Shown here: in pieces, positions 1 to 10,650 of the stretch
Numbering within the stretch: position 1 is the first letter of the stretch
Layout: each line of letters starts with the position of its first letter
NCBI GenBank assembly: GCA_963700795.1
Contig: CAVOYX010000006.1
Span: 391,862 to 455,861, forward strand
From: an uncultured Alphaproteobacteria bacterium
GTDB taxonomy: Bacteria; Pseudomonadota; Alphaproteobacteria; Rhizobiales; Beijerinckiaceae
Length of the DNA stretch: 64,000 nt
Reading direction: 5' to 3'
Notes under the pieces: model-generated
What the model was told of the DNA's origin: nothing
The model's input: the letters and a program-made list of their open reading frames with translations, nothing else
Database searches by the model: none
Program-made: the position numbers and the translations under genes

Positions 1-93
1 CTTTGCGACCGCTTCGCCGGGACCGGGTTCGGGCACAGGAAGCTCTTTAAGTACAAAGGCCGTACCGGGCTTTTCAACGACCATCGCGCGCAT
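1..93 (-). CDS. Zn-dependent alcohol dehydrogenase / MDR family, N-terminal fragment (runs off the window edge)
   Basis: Manual translation from ATG at 93: MRAMVVEKPGTAFVLKELPVPEPGPGEAVAK, a typical MDR/ADH N-terminus (P.P.PGE). Confidence 0.75.
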   Translation of the reverse strand, partial: MRAMVVEKPGTAFVLKELPVPEPGPGEAVAK

Positions 94-110
94 GGTTCTG
101 GCTGAAGACA

Positions 111-1031
111 TCACGCTTTCTCCTGCTTTGGCGCGATGGTGACCATCGCAACGGCAATGACAACAAGCACCATGCCGGCAAAGGCAAGCGGCCCGAGTTT
201 TTCCCCGAACCAGTACCAGGCAATCAACGCTGTCGTCGGCGGTACAAGAAAGAACAGGCTCGCGACCTTCGAGGCTGCACCGCGCCGGATAAGCGTGAAC
301 AAAATCGCGATCGTGCCAACGGAAAGCACAACAACGAGCCAGGCCATCGACAGGGTGAAATCCCGCGTCCAGGTGTGTTCGAAATTCTCAAGCACGATTG
401 CGAACGGCAGACAGGCCAGTGTGGCGGCGGCAAATTGCACGACCGATCCGGTGCGCAGATCCATCTGTCCGCCATGCCGCTTCTGCCACAACGTGCCGAA
501 TGTCAGCGATGTCATGCCCATAAATGCGAAGATCATGCCTGCAGGCGTGCCCAGCCCCTGGGCAAGCTTTGCCTGGGCGACCAGCGCAACGCCAGCTAGC
601 CCAAGAACAAGCCCGAGCCATTGCCGCCCCGAGACCTTTTCCCCGAGGAAAGGGCCCGCAATGGCCGCCGTCAGCAGCGGTTGCAAACCTGCGATGACTG
701 CTGAAACGCCAGCTTCCACGCCGCTCTTCATGCCGACAAACAACAGGCCGAGATAACCTGCATGGAGAAGAACGCCGCCGACAGCCAGCCGCCAGAGAGC
801 CTCGCGCCTTGGCCAGGGCGCACGCGTGACCAGGGCCAGGGCGGTCAGCAGCACTACGACGATGGCAAAACGCAGGGTCAGGAAGGTGAAAGGCCCGGCA
901 TCGCGCAGGCCGAGTTTGCCGCCGATGAAACCCGTCGCCCAGAAGAACACAAAAAGCGCGGGAAACAGCGCCAGCCAGCCGCTGGCCGCAGGGGCGGCAT
1001 CAGGCGCTGTTTCTGGTTTCTGGCTGCTCAT
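111..1031 (-). CDS. DMT/EamA family transporter
   Basis: About 10 hydrophobic segments in two EamA-like halves (WATGF...PFTFLTLRF; ASKVASLFFLVPP). Start trimmed to MSSQKP. Confidence 0.9.
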   Translation of the reverse strand: MSSQKPETAPDAAPAASGWLALFPALFVFFWATGFIGGKLGLRDAGPFTFLTLRFAIVVVLLTALALVTRAPWPRREALWRLAVGGVLLHAGYLGLLFVGMKSGVEAGVSAVIAGLQPLLTAAIAGPFLGEKVSGRQWLGLVLGLAGVALVAQAKLAQGLGTPAGMIFAFMGMTSLTFGTLWQKRHGGQMDLRTGSVVQFAAATLACLPFAIVLENFEHTWTRDFTLSMAWLVVVLSVGTIAILFTLIRRGAASKVASLFFLVPPTTALIAWYWFGEKLGPLAFAGMVLVVIAVAMVTIAPKQEKA

Positions 1032-1195
1032 GGCGTCCCTGCCGCGATTTTCGCCCCTATCGACCATGAAACAGGCAGCGGTGCAATGGCTGCCGCTGCA
1101 GTTTGCGTCTGGCCGATTTGTGCTACAGGAAGCGCACCACCCGCCATATAGCACAAGGCGCTGCAGCGCCTGCCTTCGATCCAGGGTCAAGAGAC

Positions 1196-2596
1196 TTGCA
1201 ATACATTTCCACCCGGGGCGCTGCGCCCATCCTGCCCTTCACCGATACGCTGCTTGCCGGGCTCGCCCGCGATGGCGGCCTGTATGTTCCCGATGCCCTG
1301 CCGCGCTGGTCGGCAGGAGATATCGCGGGACTGGCGGGCCTGCCCTATGCGGACGCCGCCTGCAAGATCATGGGGCCGTTTGTCGAGGGGTCGATCGGGC
1401 AGGATGCTTTCGCTGCGATGGCGCGCGCGGCCTACGGCACGTTCCGGCATTCGGCGGTCTGTCCGCTGAGCCAGATCGGCGACAACCTGTTTTTGCTGGA
1501 GCTGTTTCACGGGCCGACGCTAGCATTCAAGGACGTGGCGATGCAATTGCTCGGCCGCATGATGGATCACGCGCTGAAGGCGCGCGGTGAACGCGCGACA
1601 GTTGTCGGGGCTACGTCAGGCGACACGGGTGCGGCTGCCATCGAGGCATTTCGCGGGCTGGAACAGGTGGATGTTTTCATTCTCTATCCGCACGGGCGCG
1701 TATCGGATGTGCAGCGGCGGCAGATGACATGCGTCGACGACGGCAATATCCATACAATCGCACTGGAAGGTACGTTTGACGATTGCCAGGCCATCATCAA
1801 GGGCCTGTTCAACAACCATGCCTTTCGCGACCAGTTGCAATTATGCGGCGTCAATTCCATCAACTGGGCGCGCGTCATGGCGCAGATGGTCTATTATTTT
1901 ACTGCAGGCGTTGTCCTGGGGGCACCGCACCGGAAAATTTCCTACACCGTGCCGACCGGAAATTTCGGCGATATCCTTGCGGGCTATTATGCAGCACAAA
2001 TGGGCCTGCCCGTTGAACGTCTGGTGATTGCCACCAACGAAAACGACATTCTCGCACGCACACTTGCCGACGGCGCCTATGAAACGCGCGGCGTGACGGC
2101 AACCCAATCGCCATCCATGGACATTCAGGTGTCGTCGAACTTCGAACGGCTCCTGTTCGATGCAGCCGGGCGCGAGGCATCGGAAGTGACGGGTTACATG
2201 AACTCGCTTGGCCAGTCCGGTCGCTTCACGATCAAGCCGCCGCATTTGCAAAAAATCCGCGCGCATTTCGATGCCTACCGCACAGGTGAAACCGGTACGG
2301 CAAAGGAGATCACGCGCGTGCATGACGAATGTGGCATGCTGATCGATCCCCACACTGCCGTTGGCGTTCATGCAGCGCGCAAGGCCCTGGCCAACGACCC
2401 TGCAACTCCAATGGTTGTTTTATCTACAGCGCACCCGGCAAAATTCCCCGATGCCGTGAAGAAGGCAACCGGCGTGGAAGCCGCCCTGCCCGCACATATG
2501 GCGGGTATTTTCGAGCGCAAGGAACGTTTCAGTGTTGTGCGCAACGATCAGGGTGCCGTTGAGAAATTTATTCGCGAACGCGCGCGGACGTTCTGA
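1196..2596 (+). CDS. thrC: Threonine synthase
   Basis: (M)QYISTRG start at TTG 1196; GLARDGGLYVP; PLP lysine motif FHGPTLAFKD; ATSGDTG; NSINWAR; PTGNFG; TAHPAKF. Confidence 0.97.
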   Translation: MQYISTRGAAPILPFTDTLLAGLARDGGLYVPDALPRWSAGDIAGLAGLPYADAACKIMGPFVEGSIGQDAFAAMARAAYGTFRHSAVCPLSQIGDNLFLLELFHGPTLAFKDVAMQLLGRMMDHALKARGERATVVGATSGDTGAAAIEAFRGLEQVDVFILYPHGRVSDVQRRQMTCVDDGNIHTIALEGTFDDCQAIIKGLFNNHAFRDQLQLCGVNSINWARVMAQMVYYFTAGVVLGAPHRKISYTVPTGNFGDILAGYYAAQMGLPVERLVIATNENDILARTLADGAYETRGVTATQSPSMDIQVSSNFERLLFDAAGREASEVTGYMNSLGQSGRFTIKPPHLQKIRAHFDAYRTGETGTAKEITRVHDECGMLIDPHTAVGVHAARKALANDPATPMVVLSTAHPAKFPDAVKKATGVEAALPAHMAGIFERKERFSVVRNDQGAVEKFIRERARTF

Positions 2597-2605
2597 GACC
2601 GGCAC

Positions 2606-3616
2606 TCAACGCCGCGCAACGATATCCTTGATGCGCTTTTTCTGGTCCGCGGTAATGTCGGACAGAACAGCTTTTGCATTGTTGAAAGTTGTTTGCGGAT
2701 CACGATATTCAATGATGCGCTCGGTACGCTCGCCCTCCGCAATCAGTTTCGGATTGTGCAGGACTTCCTTCATGACGGCCTGCAGATATGCCAGACGCAC
2801 CGCGGGCATGTTCGGCGGCACGATCATGATGCGCCCCATGTTCTCGATACCGCTGTAAAAATCCATCAGCCAGCGGCCATCGGTATCCAGCTGGACTTCT
2901 TCATAGATGGTCGGACGATCCATAAACCAGCGCGACTTGATCTTGCCCATGGTGGCGAGTGCATAGTTTTGTTTGGCCTTGACGAAATTGTTGGCAGAGG
3001 ATTCGGGGATGTAAATAGCATCCATTTCGCCGCGACTGACAGCCAGCGCCGCTTCATTGCTGCCCTTGTATCCTTGAACAATCTGACATTGCATTTTCAG
3101 CGCGCGGCAGGTGAAGGCTGCACCATTGCCGAGGCCATCGGCCGGTCCGCTGGCAGCCCAGTTCCATTTTTTCTTTGCGGCCAGCGCCTGTTGCACTGAT
3201 CGATAGGGCGAATTGGCTGCGACAAGCCAAAGTCCCGGAGGCGCGCCGACGGTTGCAAGAAAGCCGAATTTCACCAGATCGAAACGCAGTCCGGGCTGAT
3301 CGGTGAGTTGCGCAAAAGCTGCCGAAGTGCCGTTGGCGAACATCATCGTCAATCCGTCAGCAGGGGAGATATTAAGCCTGTTCAGGGCACGGATGCCACC
3401 TGCCCCAGGCTGGTTTTCGACAACCGCTGTCGCGTTCAACACGCGTGACAGGTATGGTGCAATGAGGCGCGCATAAATATCGTATCCGCCACCCGTTCCG
3501 GAACCGACCACAATGCGAACGGTCTTGCCACGAAAGAATTCCTTTTCAGCATCCTGCGCTGAGGCGGAAACCGTAAGAACGCTCAATGCAAGGGCAATCG
3601 CCGCGAATTTTCTCAC
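2606..3616 (-). CDS. Bug/TctC family tripartite tricarboxylate transporter substrate-binding protein
   Basis: Signal peptide; GGGYDIYAR, VENQPGAGG, PADGLT, GYKGS..A.LAV.RGEMD. GTG start preceded by GGAGAGG. Confidence 0.9.
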   Translation of the reverse strand: MRKFAAIALALSVLTVSASAQDAEKEFFRGKTVRIVVGSGTGGGYDIYARLIAPYLSRVLNATAVVENQPGAGGIRALNRLNISPADGLTMMFANGTSAAFAQLTDQPGLRFDLVKFGFLATVGAPPGLWLVAANSPYRSVQQALAAKKKWNWAASGPADGLGNGAAFTCRALKMQCQIVQGYKGSNEAALAVSRGEMDAIYIPESSANNFVKAKQNYALATMGKIKSRWFMDRPTIYEEVQLDTDGRWLMDFYSGIENMGRIMIVPPNMPAVRLAYLQAVMKEVLHNPKLIAEGERTERIIEYRDPQTTFNNAKAVLSDITADQKKRIKDIVARR

Positions 3617-3925
3617 GAAACAACCTCTCCAAATTTTTGAACCTGAACCGTCCGCCCCCCGCGCCATGACAACGCGGCATTATTATTTTCAAATCCCATG
3701 TACGCTAATTGCCTGCGCCACATCACAAACTGTGCCGCTTGTGAACGCCCCGCAACCAGCGCCAATCGCGTGGCAGCCATGCTTTGCTTGCATTAATCGT
3801 TATGCCTTCAGCATCAGGCAAAGGTTGCCCCTGCGTGCCGGATAAAAAAGTGGTTGGCGGGGTCCGCGAAGCTGTGGTCATCTGTTGCCTGCCAGCGCAA
3901 AGACGCTGCCGCTCGAACGGGAGAA

Positions 3926-5107
3926 ATGTCCATGGCCAATAATTCGGTATTGCGCGCCGATCACCTTCGCGGTGCTGGAAACCCGCTGTTCAACGACCGC
4001 AAGTTAAAACTCGGCACGTTTTCCACCAACCTGAGCGGCGGCTGTTCGATCTCGAAAATCGATGGGGTCCTCAAGGCTGACTGGCCATCGACCGCAAGGC
4101 TTGCAGAACTGGCCGAAGCAATGGATTTCGAAGCTTTGGTGCCAGTCGGACGCTGGAAGGGCTTTGGTGGTGAAACCAATTTCAATGGCGAAGGCTTTGA
4201 GAGCTTTTCATGGGCTTCGGCAATTGCGGCCAGCACACAAAAGGGCGGCGTATTTGCAACGACCCATGTGCCAACCATTCATCCGATTTTTGCCGCGAAA
4301 ATGGGAACGACAATCGACCATGTATCGAATGGCCGCTTCATCATGAACATCGTTACCGGCTGGTACAAACCGGAAATCGAAATGTTCGGCACGAAGCAAC
4401 TGGACCATGAAGAGCGGTACAAACTTGCAGAGGAATGGCTGCATATTGTGAAAAGACTTTGGACCGAAGAAAAAGAATTCGATCACGAAGGAAAATATTT
4501 CAAGATCAACGCCGGTTGGTGCAGACCGCACCCGATCCAGAAACCATATCCGCCAATCATGAACGCGGGCGGATCGGAAACCGGACGCCATTTCGCTGCA
4601 AAATACGCGGACGTTGCATTCGTGACATTTGCCACGCGCGACCGCGACCAGATGCGCCAGCAGGTTGCAGCCTATCGCGACACCGCACGCAACGAATATG
4701 GCCGCGAAATCAAGGTCTGGGCGAACGCCTATATCGTGCAAGGCGAAACGGAAAAGGAAGCCCGCGACTTCTACAATTATTACGTAAAGGAACAGGGCGA
4801 CTGGGCTGCTGCGACGAACCTGCTGGACACGCTGGGCCTGAATGCGCAGACCCTGCCGCTCGAAGCGATTGAACCGCTCAAGGAACATTTCATCGCGGGC
4901 TGGGGCGGCGTACCCTTGATCGGAACGAAAGAACAGGTGGTCGAGGGACTGCGCATGATGTCGGACATCGGGCTGGATGGCACGCTTTTGTCCTGGGCGC
5001 GGTACATCGAGGGCATGGAAGAATTCATGCACACGACCTACCCGCTGGTCGTACAGTCTGGACTTACGTTAGGCATTGTTACGTCGCGCCGGAGCAAAAA
5101 ATCCTGA
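3926..5107 (+). CDS. LLM-class (luciferase-like) flavin-dependent monooxygenase, RutA/SfnG-like
   Basis: RWKGFGGETNF, HPIFAAKM..TIDHVSNGRF..NIVTGW, MNAGGSETGRHFAA. The true stop may be near 5072 (GLR*) if a 1-nt insertion is an error. Confidence 0.88.
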   Translation: MSMANNSVLRADHLRGAGNPLFNDRKLKLGTFSTNLSGGCSISKIDGVLKADWPSTARLAELAEAMDFEALVPVGRWKGFGGETNFNGEGFESFSWASAIAASTQKGGVFATTHVPTIHPIFAAKMGTTIDHVSNGRFIMNIVTGWYKPEIEMFGTKQLDHEERYKLAEEWLHIVKRLWTEEKEFDHEGKYFKINAGWCRPHPIQKPYPPIMNAGGSETGRHFAAKYADVAFVTFATRDRDQMRQQVAAYRDTARNEYGREIKVWANAYIVQGETEKEARDFYNYYVKEQGDWAAATNLLDTLGLNAQTLPLEAIEPLKEHFIAGWGGVPLIGTKEQVVEGLRMMSDIGLDGTLLSWARYIEGMEEFMHTTYPLVVQSGLTLGIVTSRRSKKS

Positions 5108-5143
5108 TGCGTTTGGGCAGCAAATTTGCTAGGCTTGAAGCCC

Positions 5144-5757
5144 ATGGCGCTTTTTCGCATCAACAGGACCGTTCGCCGAACCCCAGTTCGTCCGCGGTGA
5201 CGGCGTTTACCTGCGTCCGCCCGCGGCCGGCGACTTCAGGGCGTGGGCCAGCGCTGCGCGAGGCAAGCCGCGACTTTCTGACGCCCTGGGAGCCGATCTG
5301 GCCGGTGGACGATCTGACACGGCCCGCTTTCCGCCGCCGCCTGCGCCGGCAGGACGAAGAGATGGAGCGGGACGAGACGCTACCCTTTTTCATGTTCCGG
5401 CAAGCGACGATGCGCTCATGGGCGGGCTGACACTCGGCCAAGTCCGGCGTGGTGTGTCCCAAACCGGCACGCTGGGCTACTGGATGGGCCACCGTTTCGC
5501 CGGCCAGGGGCACATGTCCCGGGCGGTGCGAGCGGCTTGCCGGCATGGTTTTTCGTCGATGCGCCTGCACCGGATCGAGGCCGCCTGCCTGCCTCACAAC
5601 GAGCCGTCGCGGCGGTTCTGGAAGCCTGCGGCTTCAAGAAAGAAGGCTATGCCCGGGCCTATTTGCGGATCAACGGGCAGTGGCAGGACCATCTGCTGTT
5701 CGCCCTGCTGGATACCGACCCGATGCCGAACCGGGCGCACGGCCTGTTCAAGGCTAG
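5144..5757 (+). CDS. rimJ: RimJ/RimL family GNAT N-acetyltransferase, split by several frameshifts
   Basis: Fragments in different frames join into one protein: MALFRIN... / [17 protein letters not shown] / [23 protein letters not shown]...[12 protein letters not shown] / [28 protein letters not shown]. Confidence 0.85.
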
Positions 5758-5938
5758 GCAGACGGCCTCGTGCGATGTTTCGGCAAAATATCAGGACTTG
5801 ACGATCCAGCGCGTCCGGACGCTGACACGACCGAATTTCCGGCCATTTCCGCAGGCATTGGCTGTGATAGGCCGGCGTTGCAGCTCGCTCAGGCTGTCCA
5901 GACTGACCGGTTTCAAGGGCTCGCGCGTTAACTTTATG

Positions 5939-5954
5939 GTTAAAGAACTATTAA
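5939..5954 (-). promoter_or_regulatory. CtrA binding site (TTAA-N7-TTAAC)
   Basis: Plus strand GTTAAAGAACTATTAA = minus strand TTAA-TAGTTCT-TTAAC, an exact consensus match. It overlaps TTAACCAT (5936-5943, minus strand), and a further GTTAAC lies at 5927-5932. Confidence 0.8.
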
Positions 5955-6049
5955 AGGCCTGCACCTGCGCGCCACTCATGGTCTAAAAGTCCTGACGGGG
6001 ACTCATTGGGGATCTCGGCGGCTGCGCCGCCTGAAAGACATCACCATAC

Positions 6050-8932
6050 GTGCACAGAATTCTGGCTTGCATTTTCTGGTCTGCTTCTGGACGCTACTGG
6101 CGTCGGCGCCTGCACGGCCATCGAGCCCGTGCCGGTGCCGCTCGACACGAAGGCCATAGACCTGTCCACCCGCATGGAACTGTATTCCTCGCAGGGCGAC
6201 CGTATTCAGGTGTCCACCGCCGCCGATCAGGACAAGATCGTCCGCCGCATCGAAGTCAGCGCCCGGCAGGCCGGCAGCCGCCCGTCCTGGATCGTGTTCG
6301 CGCTCGCCAATGAAACCAATGAGCAGATCGAACGGCTGATCGTCGCACCGCATTTCCGTCTCGCCGGTTCCGGCGTGATCTGGCCCGATCTCGGCTCGTC
6401 GCGCATCGCCGCCATCACCGCCAGCCAGGGTTTTCCGCCCGAACGCGAAGAAGGCGCCGACGCAGACGTATTCCGCGTCACGCTCGATCCGGGCACAATC
6501 GTCACCTATGTCGCCGAATTGCGAACACCGAATCTGCCGAAGCTCTATCTGTGGCAACCCGACGCCTACAAGGACAAGCTCGCGAGCCTGACGCTCTATC
6601 AGGGCATCGTCATCGGCATCGCCGCCCTGCTGGCGCTGTTCCTGACGATTGTCTTCGTGGTCAAGGGCGCGGTGATTTTTCCCGCCGCCGCTGCGCTTGC
6701 ATGGGCGGTGCTGGCCTATGTCTGCATCGATTTCGGCTTCTGGTCGAAGATATTCAGACGCCGTCGCAACCGACCAGGTTTGGCGTGCCGGCGCCGAAGC
6801 CATCCTGTCGGCGACTCTGCTCGTGTTTCTGTTCGCCTATCTCAACCTCAACCGCTGGCATGTGCGGCTGGCGCATGTCACGATGGTGTGGCTGGCGTTT
6901 CTCGCCCTGCTGGCCGGCCTTGCCGTCTACGACGCGCCGGTCGCTGCCGGCGTGGCGCGCATTTCGCTTGCGGCGATCGCGCTGGTCGGCTTCATTCTGG
7001 TCATCTATCTCGCCGCCTTCGGCTACGACCGCGCGGTCATGCTGATACCGACATGGCTCGTGCTGGTGGTCTGGATTGCGCGCGGCGGCGCTGACGGTCA
7101 CCGGGCGGCTGACCGGCGAACTGACCCAGCCGGCGCTGATCGGCGGCATGGTGCTCATCGTCATGCTGATCGGTTTCACGGTCATGCAGAATGCGTTCGC
7201 ATCGGGCGGACTCATCCATGGCGCGATGTCGGACATCGACCGGCGCGCGCTGGCGCTGACCGGCTCCGGCGACCTGATCTTCGACTGGGACGTTCCGCCG
7301 ACCGCATCTATGTCAGCCCGGATGTCGAAAGCGGTCTTGGCCTGCGGCGCGGCGCGTTGGAAGGACCGGCGGCGAACTGGCTCGATATTCTCCATCCCTT
7401 CGACAGGGACCGCTATCGCGCCTGTCTCGACGCGGTGCTGGAACAGCGGCGCGGACGCATCTCCTTCGATTTCCGGCTGCGCTCGGCGGACAGCCACTAT
7501 CACTGGTACCATTTGAAGGCGCGGCCGGTGGTCGGGGCCGACGGCGAAGTGATCCGCGTGATCGGCACGCTTGACAGACGTGACCGAAGCCAAGACGTCC
7601 GAGGAACGGCTGCTGCACGACGCCGTGCACGACAATCTGACCGGCCTGCCCAATCGGGAAATATTCTTCGACCGCCTGGAGACCGCCCTCAAGCTGTCGC
7701 GCGACAATGCGCAGATCAGCCCGACCGGTCGTTTCAGCATCGACATCGACCGCTTCCGGCAGGTCAATGAAACGGCCGGCATGTCGGTCGGCAATTCGGT
7801 TCTGCTGGCGCTTGCCCGGCGCCTGATGCGCCTGTTGCGGCCGCAGGACACGCTGGCACGGCTGTCGAGCGACCAGTTCGCCATGATCATCCAGTCCGAA
7901 GACAGTGCCGAAGGTATCGTCAATCTGGCGGAAGCGGTGCGCACGGCCATCTCGACGCCGATCAGTTTCAACGATCGGGAAGTAACGCTTGACGGCCTCG
8001 ATCGGCATCGCGCTCTACGATGTGCAGACCGCACCACCGCGGCGACGACATCGTAAAGGACGCCGAGATCGCCGTTGTCCATGCCAAGCGGCTGGGCGGC
8101 AACCGGATCGAGTTTTTCCGTCCCGCCATGCGCACGCAGCGCTCGGACCGGCTGGCGCTGGAAAGCGATCTGCGCCGGGCGCTCGAGCGCAACGAAATGA
8201 AACTCGTGTTCCAGCCGATTGTGCGGCTGGAAGACCGGACAATCGCCGGCTTTGAAGCCCTGCTGCGCTGGGATCATCCACGCTACGGCCGCCTGCCGCC
8301 GGCCGACTTCATCCCGATGGCCGAAGAGACCGGACTTATCGTCGATCTTGGCCTTTTTGCGCTGGAACGCACCGCGCGCGAACTTGCCGCCTGGCAACGG
8401 GCGCTCGATGTGTCGCCGCCCATCTTCGCATCGGTCAATGTGTCGTCGCGGCAATTGCTGCGGCACGACCTGCTGCACGACGTGAAGTCGGTGCTGACCC
8501 GTCCGATCGTGGCTCCGGGCTCACTGAAGCTCGAGCTGACCGAAAGCCTGGTGATGGAGAATCCGGAATATGCGGCGCAGATACTGACACGCATTCGCGA
8601 ACTGGGCGCGGGACTGTCGCTCGACGATTTCGGCACCGGCTATTCCTCGCTGGCCTATCTGCAGCGTTTCCCGTTCGACACGATCAAGATCGACAAGAGT
8701 TTCGTGCGGCACGATCACAAGGGGTCACGGCCGGTCATCCTGCGCTCGATGATCACGCTGGCGCACGATCTGGGCATGGATGTCGTCGTGGAAGGCGCGG
8801 AAACGGAAAGCGATGCCATCGAGCTTTACCAGCTGGGCGCCGAATACGCGCAGGGTTTCGCCTTCGGTCAGCCCATGAGCGTGGAGGACGCCCGTCGCAT
8901 CATGGGCGTGCCGGAAACCGTGCGCAGCGTAA
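6050..8932 (+). CDS. rgsP: Membrane sensor c-di-GMP phosphodiesterase (periplasmic domain-7TM-PAS-degenerate GGDEF-EAL), RgsP-like; several frameshifts
   Basis: Consecutive ORFs 6006, 6697, 7076, 7571 and 8020 give a periplasmic domain, TM helices, PAS ([10 protein letters not shown]), [10 protein letters not shown] with SSDQF in place of GGDEF, and EAL motifs [24 protein letters not shown]. The architecture and yqgE neighbourhood match S. meliloti RgsP as I recall it. Both ends are approximate. Confidence 0.8.
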
Positions 8933-8947
8933 TCCGGCTCTCACGGC

Positions 8948-9563
8948 TCAGCTGTGCCCGGCCTCGCCGGACAGCATCACCGGATCTATGCCGATGCGGT
9001 TCAGTGCTCAGTCGTATTTGTCGTCAGGAGACATGTTCAAAGAGGAAGTCGCTGTCGGCCGGGCAGGTCAGCCAGCCATTAGCCTGTATTTCGCGATCGA
9101 GCTGACCGGGACCCCAGCCGGCATAGCCAAGCGCCAGAAGCGCGCGCTGCGGACCAAGCCCCGTTGCAATGGCGCGCAGGATGTCAACGGAAGCTGTCAG
9201 CGCAATCCCGCCTTCCAGTTCGATGGAGGACTTGTCGGCGAAATAATCGTCGGAATGGAGAACGAATCCGCGGCCGCGTTCGACCGGCCCGCCACGCATC
9301 ACCGGAACCGCACTTACCGGGCTCGGCAGACGAATGGAGTCTTCCTGTTTGATGACATCGAGTTGCACAAGCAATTCCGGGAAAGTCAGCCGTCGCGAAC
9401 GGCGGTTGACGACGAGCCCCCAGGCGCCCTCTGGTGAATGGGCGCAGATATAAATGACCGAACGCTCGAAACGCTCGTCACTCATGGTCGGCATGGCGAT
9501 CAGCAATTGGCCATCGAAATATCCGTCGCCACCGGAAGTATGTTTGAACTCGTTGATATCCAT
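8948..9563 (-). CDS. yqgE: YqgE/AlgH family protein (UPF0301); C-terminus frameshifted
   Basis: [42 protein letters not shown]. The family C-terminus [14 protein letters not shown] continues in another frame to 8948. Confidence 0.92.
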
Positions 9564-9746
9564 CTTGCAAAGCTAAGTCCGATCGCCGCCCTGAACAAGG
9601 GGTTCGGGGCTGCTTTCACTGTCTGATGTCAGTATTGCTGCCGAATGCGGCGGATTTGGAGCCATTTGCACCGAATGCCGTCAGGTCACGAAGCGTTCAA
9701 GCAAAGTTTAATGGTTTGCTGAGGGGCAGGCTGTTAAAATACTACA

Positions 9747-10598
9747 ATGACAAGCACCTGCATAAAAAGCACCCGCACATTTGCCCGACGCCTCAACCCG
9801 ATCATGCGGGCTGGCATAAATGCGTTGGCACTGGTGGCGTTGGCCGCAGGCGCAAGTTCCGTAAAAGCCCAAACAATCGCCTCGCCCTGGGCAACCGGCA
9901 ATCTGGCGCAGGCGCGTTTGCTTGCCGCAACATTCGACGGCAAATCCTGGCAGGCTGGTGTCGAAGTCCGGCTTAAGGGCCATGCGCACACTTACTGGCG
10001 TCAACCCGGTGACGGCGGCGTGCCCCCGGTCTTCGACTTCTCGAAATCCACCAATATCGCAGAGGCAAAGGTCCTCTTTCCCGCACCCGTGCGCGGCGGA
10101 AAAAAGGGTGAGGAATTCATCGGCTACGAAAAGGTTGTGGTTTTCCCGGTGCAAATCGTACCGGTCAATGGCGCCAAGGCTGTGAACGTCGATCTCACAT
10201 TGAATTATGCGGCCTGCGAAAAAATCTGTGTGCCGGAGCTGGCCAAATTGCGCTTGTCGCTGACGCCCGGCCGCTCGGACGCGATTGCAGCGAGCATGAT
10301 TGCGCGCTTTTCAGCTCTGCTGCCAAAATCGCTTGATGCTCCGGGTGCACCAAAGCTCGCCATTACGCCGTTGGAGCCCGGCAGACGCTGGCGCGTGACC
10401 GTAAAGGACGCGTCGATCAAGGCGGCTGATCTTTTCATCGAAGCAGACGAGGGCTGGTATTTCGACACGATGAAGAAGCCGGATGCATTCGAAATCGTGC
10501 TCGCCCAAAAGCCGGAAAAACCGGCTTTGCTGCCAAAACCATTTCTGACACTGACGAGTGATCGCGGCGCATTCGAAGGCGCATACGCATTACCCTAG
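9747..10598 (+). CDS. Secreted DsbD N-terminal-like (protein-disulfide reductase) domain protein
   Basis: Signal peptide; HTYWRQPGDGGVPP.FDF; YAACEKICVP (CxxxC). Confidence 0.85.
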   Translation: MTSTCIKSTRTFARRLNPIMRAGINALALVALAAGASSVKAQTIASPWATGNLAQARLLAATFDGKSWQAGVEVRLKGHAHTYWRQPGDGGVPPVFDFSKSTNIAEAKVLFPAPVRGGKKGEEFIGYEKVVVFPVQIVPVNGAKAVNVDLTLNYAACEKICVPELAKLRLSLTPGRSDAIAASMIARFSALLPKSLDAPGAPKLAITPLEPGRRWRVTVKDASIKAADLFIEADEGWYFDTMKKPDAFEIVLAQKPEKPALLPKPFLTLTSDRGAFEGAYALP

Positions 10599-10650
10599 GC
10601 TTGGCCACCTTTGCGTTGAGCGACGCAAAGTCTGAATGGCGCCGGCGCGG

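Noticed and set aside
6754-8478. 574-aa antisense ORF and similar long overlapping ORFs (e.g. 50815-52107, 57038-58114)
   Set aside because: They have no recognisable motifs and are typical stop-poor antisense frames of high-GC genes.
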